A stretch of 64,000 bases of DNA from Flavobacterium sp. (GCF_043756175.1 NZ_JAYURN010000112.1:8957-72956), one strand, 5' to 3'; positions 28,697 to 39,417 are shown, counted from the first letter of the stretch. The notes: generated by a model from the letters alone, not told the origin. A program made the numbers and translations.

Positions 28697-30811
28697 TTAA
28701 ATCAAATTCCCAAAACGCTCGTTTAATTTTGAAAAAAAGTAAGTTGCATTCGTAATTCCAATACTCTCGGCTATTTCTTTTTTTGTAGCATAAGGATTCT
28801 CTAATAATAATGTTTTTGCTTTTTGAAAACGAGCTTCCATGATCAGTTCTTGTGTCGTTTGCCCTAAAATTGCTTTCGTTTTTCGGTTTAAAGTACTTTT
28901 AGAAATACTTAAATGTAAAGCAATATCCTCAACTCCAAAAGTTGATGAATGCATGTGAGTATAAATTAGTTCATTTAATTCAAGATTAAATTTATTAGCA
29001 AAAACTGATAGACTTTCTTTTTCTTCTGTTGCCAAAGTAGTCTCAAATAACTGCAAAATATCTAATGATTGCAACGATTTTTTTATCATTAAATGCAACT
29101 CTTCCTCTATAAAAGGCTTATTTAAATAGCCATCAATCCCCAATCGAAGCATATTGAGCTTTCCTTCTTGATCGCTTCTTGCCGTTAATACAATTATTGG
29201 TGTTTTTAGCTCAAGTTCTTTGATTTTTACAACCAATCCTTCCCCATCTAAAACAGGCATCATATAATCTGTAATAACAATATCAAATGATTGTTTTTGA
29301 AGAATTTCAATTGCTTCTTGCCCGTTTTCGGCTTCGGTTATTTGATAATTTTCTAAAACTTCTTTCAAATAATTTCTCATTTGTAAATTGTCTTCTACAA
29401 TCAAAACGGATCTATTTAAAGTATTTGATTTATAGACACACATTTCTTTCGGAATGCTTTTTTTAGTACTAATCGTACTCATTTTCGCTTTTGTTGCACA
29501 GTATTCAATAGCTTTTTCGGGAATGGTAATCGAAAATATTGTTGCTTCGTTTGGAACACTAGACAACGAAATTTCAAATTGATGCGCCTCTACTATATTT
29601 TGAGTAAAAGACAAACCTATTCCACTACCCTGACTCTTGGTAATGTCGTTTTTAGATTGAAAAAAACGATCAAATACTTTATCTAAATCGTATTTTGGGA
29701 TTCCAATTCCTGAATCCTTTATTGCGATAATCAAGTCCTTTTCTAAAAGAACTTCGATTTCAACAATTCCTCTTTTAGGTGTAAACTTTAAAGCATTGGA
29801 CAGTAAATTATTGATAGATTTGGACATCAAATCCTCATCTATAAAGACAGAAATTTCAGGGATATTCATTTTTAAATTAAATTGAATTTCCTTTTTTTGA
29901 AAGACTTCTTTAAATTCTACATAATGCTTTTTTAAGAAAGGTTGCAAAGAAACCATTTTAGCATCAATTGTAAATTCATTAGAATCAATTTTACTCAAAT
30001 TAATAATATCGCTAATAATACCTTGAATTAGTTGGATTTGATTATTAATGAGGTTAATTTTTTCTTGATTTTCTTCGACAGAACCTTTTAAATTAATTCT
30101 TGATGCATTTCCTTGAATTAAAGTTAATGGTGTTCTGATTTCGTGTGAAAAATTGACAAAAAAGTGCGATTTGAATTCATTAAGTTTATCGAGTTTATTT
30201 CTTTGTTCTTCCAAAAGAACTTTATCAGCAATAACTTTATCACGCTCTACTTTTAATAGATTTTCTGTTTTTTCATTTTGCTTTTTAAAATAATTAGTCA
30301 AAATATAAAACAAAATGAATAAGCAAACTAAAGCTGGACTATAAAAATTAATAGTAGCGTAATGTTTGAAAAAAGAATTTGGGATAGCAAAACACAAAAG
30401 TGCAAGAGTAAAAATACTGTAATTTATTTTCTTATTATCAGTTAGCACTAAACTTACGGCAGGCGCTAAAATTAAGTAAAATTCTAACAATTGTCCTTTT
30501 TTTAGGAAATTTCCAAAAACAAAACTATTAACAATAAGCATCATTGCAAACATAAATCGCGCAGTTTCATATTTTCCTTTGGCGTGCAAGTATTGAGCTA
30601 AAATAATAACCATTAATTGTAAAAAATGCACAACAACATTCAAGTAAAGAATGGGTGTTTTGATTAAATAATTTAAAAGTAAAATTACCGCAGTAACATA
30701 CCAACAATAACAAAATGCATTGAACAGTTTGATTCTTTTAATTTCCGAATTGGATTGTATAGAATTACGAATTCCTAATGACACGAATGAGTCAAACCTA
30801 CTTTTATTCAT
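28697..30811 (-). CDS. Hybrid sensor kinase/response regulator with AraC-type HTH output
   Basis: About 5 TM N-terminus; H-box SHEIRTPL; NLLSNALKFT; DSGIGI; GSGIGL; REC TDYMMPVLDG; C-terminal HTH. Confidence 0.92.
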   Translation of the reverse strand: MNKSRFDSFVSLGIRNSIQSNSEIKRIKLFNAFCYCWYVTAVILLLNYLIKTPILYLNVVVHFLQLMVIILAQYLHAKGKYETARFMFAMMLIVNSFVFGNFLKKGQLLEFYLILAPAVSLVLTDNKKINYSIFTLALLCFAIPNSFFKHYATINFYSPALVCLFILFYILTNYFKKQNEKTENLLKVERDKVIADKVLLEEQRNKLDKLNEFKSHFFVNFSHEIRTPLTLIQGNASRINLKGSVEENQEKINLINNQIQLIQGIISDIINLSKIDSNEFTIDAKMVSLQPFLKKHYVEFKEVFQKKEIQFNLKMNIPEISVFIDEDLMSKSINNLLSNALKFTPKRGIVEIEVLLEKDLIIAIKDSGIGIPKYDLDKVFDRFFQSKNDITKSQGSGIGLSFTQNIVEAHQFEISLSSVPNEATIFSITIPEKAIEYCATKAKMSTISTKKSIPKEMCVYKSNTLNRSVLIVEDNLQMRNYLKEVLENYQITEAENGQEAIEILQKQSFDIVITDYMMPVLDGEGLVVKIKELELKTPIIVLTARSDQEGKLNMLRLGIDGYLNKPFIEEELHLMIKKSLQSLDILQLFETTLATEEKESLSVFANKFNLELNELIYTHMHSSTFGVEDIALHLSISKSTLNRKTKAILGQTTQELIMEARFQKAKTLLLENPYATKKEIAESIGITNATYFFSKLNERFGNLI

Positions 30812-30880
30812 TTTATTATTTCAAATAATTGGATCCAATTTTAATCAAAAATATACTTTTTATGTGAGAAAACTCAACTT

Positions 30881-30933
30881 TGAATCAAATGGAAGTTTTG
30901 AGACACAAATAAAAGCCAAATGAATCAAATGGA
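30881..30933 (+). promoter_or_regulatory. Exact 13-bp direct repeat TGAATCAAATGGA, 40-bp period, in divergent intergenic region
   Basis: Copies at 30881-30893 and 30921-30933. Confidence 0.55.
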
Positions 30934-31001
30934 TTCTATTTTGATTTACGACGAATTATCAAATATTGCAAATTTGTCTCCTAATCAATAAAACAAATCT
31001 T

Positions 31002-32078
31002 ATGAAATCAAAACTATTTTTTTTAGTTCTTTTATGCTCTTTAAAAGCATTAGCACAAATACCTACTACTAATTTAGATAGTGAGTATAAATTTACAAAC
31101 AATACATTAGACACTTTTGGCACAGCAGAAAATTTAACCAAAACAGGAAGTGCTGCCACCTTTACAACCGACAGATTTGGAGCGGCATCAAATGCTATAA
31201 ATCTAGCTGGCGACAATTTGAGTCGTGTTCCAGTACAATCAGCAACAAGTCTTAGTATGAGTTTTTGGGTAAAAACAGCTATAAACGATACTAATTTTAG
31301 AAATATTATGGAACAATCACAACGAGTTAATACTGCAAATGACTCATCTTCGAGAGGTTGGTATGTTTATTTACGAAACGGAATTGTTAGCTTATCGTGT
31401 AATTATTTATGGAGATGGACTGCTAATGGAGGTTTAAATACCTACACAGGTCATACAGGTTGGTGGGATTGTACTTCAAACACCAATATTGCTGATAACA
31501 ATTGGCATCATGTGACAATAACTATAACCGGAAGAAGCTATTACAATTATGCAGGAGCACCAAATTGGGCATTTGAAAATGTTTATAAAATTTATGTAGA
31601 CAATGTGCTTAAAAACACGATAACACGAACTTATAATGCAACTACCGCCACTGGTGGAAATGGCACTAGTTCGCCTGATTTTTTACCAAATAACAACCTA
31701 ATAATGGGAAATAACAGTTTTGGAAATTTAGCCGTTGCAAATAGATATACAGATACGATTGATGATATTCGATTTTATAAAACCACACTAACTCCTGGAA
31801 ATGTCACTAGTTTATTCAATGAATCAGCTCCACTAAGTAGAAACGATTTCAATTCCTTTTCTAATTTTAGCATTTATCCAAATCCAACAAGCGGAATAGT
31901 GACTGTAAAAAGCGTAGAAAATATCGAAAATATTGAAATTATTTCATTAGAAGGAAGAAAAGTAAAATCTTCTCATGAAGCGAAAATAGATATTTCAGAT
32001 TTATCAAACGGAATATATCTCATGCAGATAAAAACTATTGACGGAAAATTAGGAATTAAAAAAATAATAAAAGAATAG
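31002..32078 (+). CDS. T9SS type A-sorted protein with LamG/pentraxin-like domain
   Basis: Signal peptide; TDRFG...NAINL, SMSFWVK, NNWHHVTIT, IDDIRFY; CTD IYPNPT...LSNGIYLMQI...KKIIKE. Confidence 0.88.
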   Translation: MKSKLFFLVLLCSLKALAQIPTTNLDSEYKFTNNTLDTFGTAENLTKTGSAATFTTDRFGAASNAINLAGDNLSRVPVQSATSLSMSFWVKTAINDTNFRNIMEQSQRVNTANDSSSRGWYVYLRNGIVSLSCNYLWRWTANGGLNTYTGHTGWWDCTSNTNIADNNWHHVTITITGRSYYNYAGAPNWAFENVYKIYVDNVLKNTITRTYNATTATGGNGTSSPDFLPNNNLIMGNNSFGNLAVANRYTDTIDDIRFYKTTLTPGNVTSLFNESAPLSRNDFNSFSNFSIYPNPTSGIVTVKSVENIENIEIISLEGRKVKSSHEAKIDISDLSNGIYLMQIKTIDGKLGIKKIIKE

Positions 32079-32093
32079 GCAAGTTGTTTTTAT

Positions 32094-32130
32094 AAAAAAA
32101 TCCCATTTCAAATAAATGAAATGGGATTTT
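32094..32130. terminator. Bidirectional intrinsic terminator
   Basis: AAAAAAATCCCATTTCA-AATAAA-TGAAATGGGATTTT between convergent genes. Confidence 0.75.
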
Positions 32131-32150
32131 GTATTTAATTTTGGAATAAA

Positions 32151-32975
32151 TTATCCTAAAGCTGCTCTTTTGAAACCTGTTACAATTAAGTTAGCATCGA
32201 TCGATTTAACATAATTAGCAACACTCATTGAGCTATCTTTAATATAATCTTGGTTAACTAAAGTGTTGTCTTTAAAGAAACGACCTAATTTACCTTTTGC
32301 AATATTTTCGATCATTGCTTCTGGTTTTCCTTCTTGACGAAGCATATCTTTAGCAATTTCTATTTCTTTAGCAATAACTTCTGCGTTTACTCCAGCTTCG
32401 TCTAATGCGATTGGATTCATTGCAGCAGCTTGCATTGCTACGTTTCTTGCAGCTTCTTCGATACCGTCTGCTTTTGCAGAGAATGAAGTTAAAGTTGCAA
32501 TTTTGTTTCCTGAGTGAATGTAAGACCCAACGAAAGCACCTTCTAATTTTTCGAAAGTTCTAATTTCTAATTTTTCTCCGATAACTCCTGTTTGCTCGAT
32601 TAGTTTATCAGCAATAGTAATACCATTAAAATCAGAAGCTAAGAATTCTTCTTTGTTGTCAAAATTTAAAGCGAGATTTGCCATTTCAACAGCCATTTTC
32701 ACGAAGTTTTCGTTCATACCTACGAAGTCAGTTTCACAGTTTAATGTGATAACAACTCCAGCAGTATTGTCAGCATTTACAACAGCAATTGCAGCTCCTT
32801 CAGTAGATTCTCTATCTGAACGGTTTGCAGCTACTTTTTGTCCTTTTTTACGTAAATTTTCGATTGCTAAATCAAAATCTCCATCTGATTCAACTAAAGC
32901 TTTTTTACAATCCATCATTCCAGCTCCGGTGATGGTTCTTAATTTATTTACGTCTGCAGCAGTGATAGTTGCCAT
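32151..32975 (-). CDS. tsf: Elongation factor Ts
   Basis: LRTITGAGMMDCKKAL, LNCETDFV, AMQAAAMNP. Confidence 0.98.
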   Translation of the reverse strand: MATITAADVNKLRTITGAGMMDCKKALVESDGDFDLAIENLRKKGQKVAANRSDRESTEGAAIAVVNADNTAGVVITLNCETDFVGMNENFVKMAVEMANLALNFDNKEEFLASDFNGITIADKLIEQTGVIGEKLEIRTFEKLEGAFVGSYIHSGNKIATLTSFSAKADGIEEAARNVAMQAAAMNPIALDEAGVNAEVIAKEIEIAKDMLRQEGKPEAMIENIAKGKLGRFFKDNTLVNQDYIKDSSMSVANYVKSIDANLIVTGFKRAALG

Positions 32976-33003
32976 ATTTATTATTTTTATTAGTTATAAA
33001 AAA

Positions 33004-33069
33004 AATTACGAATTACAAATTACGAATTACGCTAAAAAACTCGTAATTGATAATTCGTAATTCGTAATT
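33004..33069. repeat. Inverted 4x7-nt array hairpin (AATTACG)4/(CGTAATT)4
   Basis: Arms 33004-33031 and 33042-33069, 25/28 complementary. Confidence 0.85.
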
Positions 33070-33075
33070 AAATAA

Positions 33076-33876
33076 TTACTCTTCAGTTTTAGCAGCTTCA
33101 GCTACAATTGCTTTTTCGTCAGCTTTTGTATCTGTAACTTCTTCTTGAGCAACTTCTTCAGTAGTAGCGTCAGCTTCTTTATCAGATGATCTGTTTGCAA
33201 GACCATCAATAATAGCTTCAGTTACTAAAGTTAAAATTTTATCGATTGATTTAGAAGCATCATCGTTTGCAGGGATAACGTACTCAACAAGACGTGGGTC
33301 AGAGTTGGTATCTACCATTGCGAAAACTGGAATGTTTAATTTTTGAGCTTCTTTAATTGCGATGTGTTCAGCTTTGATATCTACTACAAATAATGCAGCA
33401 GGCAATCTTGACATATCAGAGATAGACCCTAAGTTTTTCTCTAATTTTGCACGCAAACGATCCACTTGTAAACGTTCTTTTTTAGACAAAGTCATAAAAG
33501 TTCCGTCTTTTTTCATGCGGTCGATAGTCGACATCTTCTTAACAGCTTTACGGATTGTAACAAAGTTTGTTAACATTCCACCAGGCCATCTTTCAGTGAT
33601 GTACGGCATATTTGCAGCAGCAGCTTTTTCAGCTACGATGTCTTTAGCTTGTTTTTTGGTAGCTACGAAAAGTATTTTTCTACCTGATGCAGCGATTTTT
33701 TTAAGAGCTTCATTAGCTTCTTCAATTTTTGCTGCAGTTTTATATAGATTGATAATGTGAATTCCATTACGCTCCATATAGATGTAAGGAGCCATGTTTG
33801 GATCCCATTTTCTAGTCATGTGTCCGAAGTGAACACCTGCTTCTAGTAAGTCTTTAACTTCTATTTTATTTGCCAT
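33076..33876 (-). CDS. rpsB: 30S ribosomal protein S2
   Basis: LLEAGVHFGH, RWPGGMLTNF, VDTNSDP, IPANDDA; start taken at MANK (33876). Confidence 0.98.
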   Translation of the reverse strand: MANKIEVKDLLEAGVHFGHMTRKWDPNMAPYIYMERNGIHIINLYKTAAKIEEANEALKKIAASGRKILFVATKKQAKDIVAEKAAAANMPYITERWPGGMLTNFVTIRKAVKKMSTIDRMKKDGTFMTLSKKERLQVDRLRAKLEKNLGSISDMSRLPAALFVVDIKAEHIAIKEAQKLNIPVFAMVDTNSDPRLVEYVIPANDDASKSIDKILTLVTEAIIDGLANRSSDKEADATTEEVAQEEVTDTKADEKAIVAEAAKTEE

Positions 33877-34015
33877 TTTGTAATAGTTTACGTTCTGTTG
33901 AATTAGCAATGATTAAGTAGCGATTGTGTAATCAGGTCTTAACCATTTAGATGCTAAACTAGTTTCCTGCCTCGACAGGAAGAGCAACAATAACTTAGTT
34001 TTTAATAAAAAAATA
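33877..34015 (-). promoter_or_regulatory. Structured rpsI-rpsB intergenic leader (candidate S2 autoregulatory RNA)
   Basis: TTCCTG-TCGAGG-CAGGAA hairpin and TTAGCA/TGCTAA pairing on the mRNA strand. Confidence 0.4.
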
Positions 34016-34402
34016 TTAACGTTTAGAGAATTGGAATCTCTTACGGGCTTTCTTCTGACCGAATTTTTTACGTTCAACCATTCTTGGGTCTCTCGTTAGT
34101 AATCCTTCTGGTTTTAAGATTGCTCTGTTTCCTTCTCCAACTTCACACATTACTCTTGCTAAAGCCATTCTTACTGCTTCTGCTTGTCCTGTGCTACCAC
34201 CTCCGTAAACATTTACTTTTACATCATAGTTAGTTACATTTTCTGTCATTGACATTGGTTGTAAAACTTTGTACTGTAAAGTAGCTGTTGGGAAATAAGT
34301 TGCAAACGCTTTTTTGTTAACAGTGATTACTCCTGTTCCTTCCGATACATAAACACGTGCAACTGCACATTTTCTTCTACCGATTTTGTGAATTGCTGCC
34401 AT
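34016..34402 (-). CDS. rpsI: 30S ribosomal protein S9
   Basis: GRRKCAVARV, GGGSTGQAEA, RDPRMVERKKFG, FSKR. Confidence 0.98.
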   Translation of the reverse strand: MAAIHKIGRRKCAVARVYVSEGTGVITVNKKAFATYFPTATLQYKVLQPMSMTENVTNYDVKVNVYGGGSTGQAEAVRMALARVMCEVGEGNRAILKPEGLLTRDPRMVERKKFGQKKARKRFQFSKR

Positions 34403-34857
34403 TACTTAAGATCGTTTAGGTTAACTGTTTTAGGTTTCTGAGCGCCTTGTTTGTGCTCTGATCCTACAACAACATTTAAATTTCTAAAAAGCTCAGCTCC
34501 TAATTTATTTTTAGGTAACATTCCTTTTACTGCTTTTTCTACTAATAGAGCAGGGTTTTTTGATTGCAAAACTTTTGCAGTCAAACTTCTTTGTCCTCCT
34601 GGATAACCTGTGTGACGGATGTAAGTCTTCTCGTCCATTTTGTTACCTGTAAGGTTGATTTTCTCTGAGTTGATAACAATTACGTTATCTCCGCAGTCCA
34701 CGTGTGGTGTGTAACTTGGCTTGTACTTACCTCTAAGGATCATAGCGACCTTTGATGCAAGACGACCTAAGTTATGACCATCAGCATCTACAACAATCCA
34801 CTCTTTTGTGATAGTGGCTTTGCTTGCAGATTGTGTCTTGTAGCTTAATGCGTCCAT
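34402..34857 (-). CDS. rplM: 50S ribosomal protein L13
   Basis: LGRLAS, YTPHVDCGD, HTGYPGG, KGMLPKN. Confidence 0.98.
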   Translation of the reverse strand: MDALSYKTQSASKATITKEWIVVDADGHNLGRLASKVAMILRGKYKPSYTPHVDCGDNVIVINSEKINLTGNKMDEKTYIRHTGYPGGQRSLTAKVLQSKNPALLVEKAVKGMLPKNKLGAELFRNLNVVVGSEHKQGAQKPKTVNLNDLK

Positions 34858-34900
34858 AATATTATTTTAATTAAACATTCCATTCCCAATAAAGGGAGTG

Positions 34901-34931
34901 CAAAAGTACGATTATTTATTTTAAATGCAAA
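34901..34931 (-). promoter_or_regulatory. Bacteroidota housekeeping promoter for rplM operon
   Basis: TTTG (34931-34928), 19-bp spacer, TACTTTTG (34908-34901). Confidence 0.75.
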
Positions 34932-34993
34932 TAGGAAAGTAAAAATTCTTTTTTATTGCTTTTCAGAGAGTTACAAATCTTTTCAAACTATAT

Positions 34994-35446
34994 TTATTTT
35001 AAAACTTTCTTCATGCATATGCTACATTCTATTCCTATATACTGTCCGTAATTTTCTGTTATAGAATATCCTGATTTTTTATATAGTGCTACAGCATTTG
35101 TTAGTGCTTTATTGGTATCGAGTATACAAGCAACATAGTTTAATTCTTTTGCCCAAAGCTCTAATTCTGATAAAATAGCAGAAGCAATTCCTTTTCCACG
35201 ATACTCTTCATGTACAAACATTCTTTTTATTTCTGCAATTCCAAGTTCGTATTCTTTGAATGCTCCACAACCTATTGCGATGCCATTTTCATAACAAACC
35301 ACCACATTGTTTATGCTATCAATCTGATTGTACTGATCAAAGTAGGCATGTTCTTCTCCATCAACAATCTTCAATACTTGGTCGAGTAATAGTATTAGGT
35401 TTTTGAAATCTGCATTTTGAGATGATGTACGGGTTATGGTCTGCAT
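34994..35446 (-). CDS. GNAT N-acetyltransferase
   Basis: EIKRMFV, YRGKGIA, AVALYKKSGY. Confidence 0.9.
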   Translation of the reverse strand: MQTITRTSSQNADFKNLILLLDQVLKIVDGEEHAYFDQYNQIDSINNVVVCYENGIAIGCGAFKEYELGIAEIKRMFVHEEYRGKGIASAILSELELWAKELNYVACILDTNKALTNAVALYKKSGYSITENYGQYIGIECSICMKKVLK

Positions 35447-35507
35447 TTTAGTATTTTAAGTTTAATTATTTGATTTGTTCATTTTGACCAAAATAAAATA
35501 TTTTTTT

Positions 35508-35591
35508 TAGCCCCGATTGCAGTGAAAATCCTTTTTTGAGGCTTTTCGCCGAAAAAAAGATTGTAACGTAAAGCGGGATTAGCTCCTAAAA
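35508..35591 (+). mobile_element. TA-bounded palindromic element, minimal copy
   Basis: TAGCCCCGATTGCAGTGAAAATCCTTTTTT...AAAAAAAGATTGTAACGTAAAGCGGGATTAGCTCCTA. Confidence 0.7.
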
Positions 35592-35646
35592 TAATTACAG
35601 CCATCAAATTTGACAGCTGTAATTATTTTTAATGTTCAATTGACTA

Positions 35647-38070
35647 CTACGATCCACACATTTCACAATCTTCTGGACCAGCATTTTTGGCTAGTTCGAT
35701 CATGGCTCGGTATTCTTCGTTTGTCATTGCGGTAGTTACTACTTCGACCTCAGCTAAAACTGGTTGCTCTTTTACTTCGATAGCAGCAATGGGCTCGGCT
35801 TTTTTGTCGTTGTTTAATGTGAATTTTATCGCATCGACAGCCGCTTTTGTTCTCAAATAATACATTCCAGTTTTTAAGCCTGATTTCCAAGCGTAAAAGT
35901 GCATCGATGTTAATTTCGAGTAATTGGCGTCTTGCATAAACAGGTTTAACGACTGTGATTGATCTACGAAATATCCTCTGTGACGTGACATATCGATAAT
36001 GTCTTTCATAGACATTTCCCAAACAGTTTTGTACAATTCTTTCAGATCTTGCGGAATATTCAAATTCTGAACAGAACCATTTTCACGCATTAATTGTTGT
36101 TTCAAATCTTCTGTCCACAAGCCACGTTCTACTAAATCGTTCAATAAATGCTTGTTTACTACAATAAATTCGCCAGATAAAACACGACGTGTGTATATAT
36201 TTGAAGTATAAGGTTCGAAAGCTTCGTTATTTCCTAAAATTTGAGAAGTTGAAGCTGTTGGCATTGGCGCAACCAAAAGTGAGTTACGAACTCCATTTTT
36301 CATTACTTCTTTACGCAAACTTACCCAATCCCAACGACCAGAAAGTTCTTCGTCTTTCATTCCCCACATATTATATTGGAATTCTCCTTTAGAAATAGGT
36401 GATCCTTCAAAAGTAGAATATGGGCCTTCTTCGATTGCCATTTCCATAGATGCGGTTACGGCTGCGAAATATAACGTTTCGAAAATTTCTTGATTCAGTT
36501 TTTTTGCATCATCACTTGTAAACGGTAAACGTAGCATAATGAAAGCATCAGCCAAACCTTGCACTCCCAAACCAATTGGACGATGGCGTTTGTTAGAATT
36601 TTCTCCTTCAATTACGGGATAATAATTCCTGTCAATAACTTTATTCAAATTTCTAGTCACTCGTTTGGTTACCGTAAATAGTAAATCGTGGTTGAATTTT
36701 CCATTTTCAACGAACATTGGTAACGATAATGAAGCCAAGTTACAAACGGCAATTTCGTCTTTCGATGTATATTCCATAATCTCGGTACACAAATTCGACG
36801 ACCGAATGGTTCCTAGATTTTTTTGGTTTGATTTACGATTTGCAGCATCTTTGTACAACATGTATGGCGTTCCAGTTTCAATTTGTGATTCTAGAATTTT
36901 TTCCCACAATTCATGTGCTTTGATCGTTTTTCTTCCTTTTCCTGCTTTTTCGTAATCGGTGTACATTTTTTCGAATTCTTCGCCGTGCACATCGTATAAT
37001 CCTGGACATTCGTTAGGACACATTAAGGTCCAATTACCGTTTTCTTCGACACGCTTCATGAATAAATCTGATGTCCACATCGCGAAAAATAAATCTCTCG
37101 CACGCATTTCCTCTTTTCCTGTATTTTTTTTCAAATCCAAGAAGTCGAAAATATCTGCATGCCAAGTTTCTATATAAATTGCAAAACTTCCTTTACGCTT
37201 TCCTCCACCTTGATCTACATAACGAGCGGTATCGTTGAAAACACGTAGCATTGGAACAATTCCGTTCGATGTTCCGTTAGTTCCACGAATGTAAGAACCT
37301 GTTGCGCGAACATTGTGAATAGAAAGTCCAATTCCACCCGCTGATTGTGAGATTTTAGCCGTTTGTTTTAAGGTGTCGTAAATTCCGTCGATACTATCGT
37401 CTTGCATTGCCAAAAGGAAACAAGATGACATTTGCGGTTTTGGTGTTCCTGCATTAAATAATGTTGGTGTAGCGTGTGTGAAAAACTTTTTAGACATTAA
37501 GTCGTAAGTTTCTATTACCGATTTTAAATCATTTAGGTGAATTCCAACCGAAACACGCATTAACATGTGTTGCGGGCGTTCAACTATTTTTCCGTTTATT
37601 TTCAACAAATAAGAACGTTCTAGGGTTTTGAAACCAAAATAATCGTAATTAAAATCTCTTGTATATATAATGTGTGAATTTAAAAACTCAGCATTTTCTT
37701 GAATAACATTATGTACTTCTTCCGACAACAATGGTGCTTCTTGTCCATTTCTAGGATTCACGTAATGATACATTTCGTTCATCGTTTCCGAGAAAGATTT
37801 GTTCGTATTAGAGTGTAAGTTCGAAATCGCAATTCTCGCCGCTAGTTGCGCGTAATCTGGGTGTGCAATGGTCATAGAAGCCGCAGTTTCTGCCGCTAAA
37901 TTGTCTAATTCTGATGTCGAAACACCATCGTAAAGCCCCTCAATTACTCGCATAGCTACTTTTACAGCATCTACTAAATCATTCAATCCGTAACACAGTT
38001 TTTTAATTCTTTCTGTGATTTTGTCGAACATTACAGGCTCTTTGTGCCCATCTCTTTTTACTACGTACAT
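35647..38070 (-). CDS. nrdA: Class Ia ribonucleotide reductase alpha subunit with ATP cone
   Basis: N-terminal ATP cone, [28 protein letters not shown]-terminal CEMC. Confidence 0.97.
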   Translation of the reverse strand: MYVVKRDGHKEPVMFDKITERIKKLCYGLNDLVDAVKVAMRVIEGLYDGVSTSELDNLAAETAASMTIAHPDYAQLAARIAISNLHSNTNKSFSETMNEMYHYVNPRNGQEAPLLSEEVHNVIQENAEFLNSHIIYTRDFNYDYFGFKTLERSYLLKINGKIVERPQHMLMRVSVGIHLNDLKSVIETYDLMSKKFFTHATPTLFNAGTPKPQMSSCFLLAMQDDSIDGIYDTLKQTAKISQSAGGIGLSIHNVRATGSYIRGTNGTSNGIVPMLRVFNDTARYVDQGGGKRKGSFAIYIETWHADIFDFLDLKKNTGKEEMRARDLFFAMWTSDLFMKRVEENGNWTLMCPNECPGLYDVHGEEFEKMYTDYEKAGKGRKTIKAHELWEKILESQIETGTPYMLYKDAANRKSNQKNLGTIRSSNLCTEIMEYTSKDEIAVCNLASLSLPMFVENGKFNHDLLFTVTKRVTRNLNKVIDRNYYPVIEGENSNKRHRPIGLGVQGLADAFIMLRLPFTSDDAKKLNQEIFETLYFAAVTASMEMAIEEGPYSTFEGSPISKGEFQYNMWGMKDEELSGRWDWVSLRKEVMKNGVRNSLLVAPMPTASTSQILGNNEAFEPYTSNIYTRRVLSGEFIVVNKHLLNDLVERGLWTEDLKQQLMRENGSVQNLNIPQDLKELYKTVWEMSMKDIIDMSRHRGYFVDQSQSLNLFMQDANYSKLTSMHFYAWKSGLKTGMYYLRTKAAVDAIKFTLNNDKKAEPIAAIEVKEQPVLAEVEVVTTAMTNEEYRAMIELAKNAGPEDCEMCGS

Positions 38071-38126
38071 AATTTGTTTGTTTTGTGAAAAAGCAAATCC
38101 CTTTGCAGTTTCGGGTTATTTGTAAT

Positions 38127-38154
38127 CTGTCATTGTAAGAAACGAAGCAATCTC
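38127..38154 (+). repeat. Degenerate TGTC-type REP
   Basis: TGTCATTGTAAGAAACGAAGCAATCTCA, similar to the 8773-8809 hairpin family. Confidence 0.5.
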
Positions 38155-38177
38155 ACGATTGTTATCGATTCTCATTT

Positions 38178-38267
38178 TTTTTGGGAAGCCAATCCCGCTA
38201 TTCGCTTCAATCTTTTGTCTCGTTCCAAAAAAACGAGACAAAAGGATTTCCACTGCTATCGGGGCTA
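38178..38267 (-). mobile_element. TA-bounded palindromic element, minimal copy between nrdB and nrdA
   Basis: Reverse complement TAGCCCCGATAGCAGTGGAAATCCTTTTGTCTCGTT...AACGAGACAAAAGATTGAAGCGAATAGCGGGATTGGCTTCC; right terminus degenerate. Confidence 0.7.
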
Positions 38268-38337
38268 AGCTAATTTTCAGATTTGGGGGCTTTACTGAAA
38301 ATTTCGGTATTTATTTGGTTTGGTTGTATTATTTTAT

Positions 38338-39315
38338 TTAAAAATCAGCATCAAAACTAATTTTTTGTGCTTCAGAATCGGTATTCATGACGCCTGCTTT
38401 TTGGTATTCTGCTACTTTCTTCTCGAAGAAGTTCGTTTTTCCTTGCAACGAAATCATATCCATAAAATCGAAAGGATTTGATGTGTTGTATTCTCTATCA
38501 CAACCTAATTCTACGAGTAATCTGTCAGCAACAAATTCTAAATATTGCGTCATTAGCACAGCATTCATACCAATTAATGAAACTGGTAAAGATTCCGTAA
38601 TAAATTCTCTTTCAATATTTAAAGCATCAACAATAATACTTCTAATTCTTTCTTTTGGCACTTTGTTAACTAAATGATGGTTATGCAAATGCACTGCAAA
38701 ATCGCAATGAACACCTTCGTCACGAGAAATTAATTCGTTCGAAAAGGTTAATCCTGGCATTAACCCACGTTTTTTCAACCAATAAATTGAGCAAAACGCA
38801 CCCGAAAAAAAGATTCCTTCAACTGCTGCAAAAGCAATTAAACGCTCTGCAAACGAATCAGATTCTATCCATTTCAAAGCCCAATCTGCTTTTTTCTTGA
38901 TGGCTGGAAAAACTTCTAAGGCATTAAATAATTCATCTTTTTCAGTTTCATCTTTTACATAAGTATCGATTAATAATGAATATGTTTCAGAATGAATATT
39001 TTCCATCATGATTTGAAAACCATAAAAGAATTTCGCTTCAGCATATTGCACTTCATTTACGAAGTTTTCGGCCAGATTTTCGTTCACAATTCCGTCCGAC
39101 GCAGCGAAAAATGCTAAAATATGTTTTACAAAATAACGTTCGTCATCAGATAATTTGTTATTCCAATCGTTTAAATCTTGAGACAAGTCGATTTCCTCAG
39201 CAGTCCAGAAACTAGCTTCCATTTTTTTGTACCATTCCCAAATATCGTGGTGTTTTATCGGAAAAATCACAAAGCGATTTTTGTTTTCTTGTAAAATTGG
39301 TTCTACGAAAGACAT
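38338..39315 (-). CDS. nrdB: Class Ia ribonucleotide reductase beta subunit
   Basis: [40 protein letters not shown]. Confidence 0.97.
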   Translation of the reverse strand: MSFVEPILQENKNRFVIFPIKHHDIWEWYKKMEASFWTAEEIDLSQDLNDWNNKLSDDERYFVKHILAFFAASDGIVNENLAENFVNEVQYAEAKFFYGFQIMMENIHSETYSLLIDTYVKDETEKDELFNALEVFPAIKKKADWALKWIESDSFAERLIAFAAVEGIFFSGAFCSIYWLKKRGLMPGLTFSNELISRDEGVHCDFAVHLHNHHLVNKVPKERIRSIIVDALNIEREFITESLPVSLIGMNAVLMTQYLEFVADRLLVELGCDREYNTSNPFDFMDMISLQGKTNFFEKKVAEYQKAGVMNTDSEAQKISFDADF

Positions 39316-39408
39316 AGTTTGTTGGTTTTTATTGTATTATAAAAATTGATTTTGTATCGATTTTGGTTTACAAAGATTGGAATTTGAATCTGTAAATGAA
39401 AGAGATAG

Positions 39409-39417
39409 TTATTCACA
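39409..39417 (+). promoter_or_regulatory. DnaA box upstream of nrdB
   Basis: TTATTCACA matches TTWTNCACA; a 1-mismatch box TTTTTAACA lies just beyond. Confidence 0.5.

Noticed and set aside
33004-33069. Short repeat arrays as CRISPR
   Set aside because: Units are 7-11 nt, directly abutting and inverted, with no unique spacers and no cas genes
38159-38341. 60-aa plus-strand ORF between nrdA and nrdB
   Set aside because: Read through a palindromic element, antisense to the operon
35647-39315. Intein or intron in nrdA/nrdB
   Set aside because: Lengths (807 and 325 aa) and motif spacing are normal for class Ia; frames are continuous
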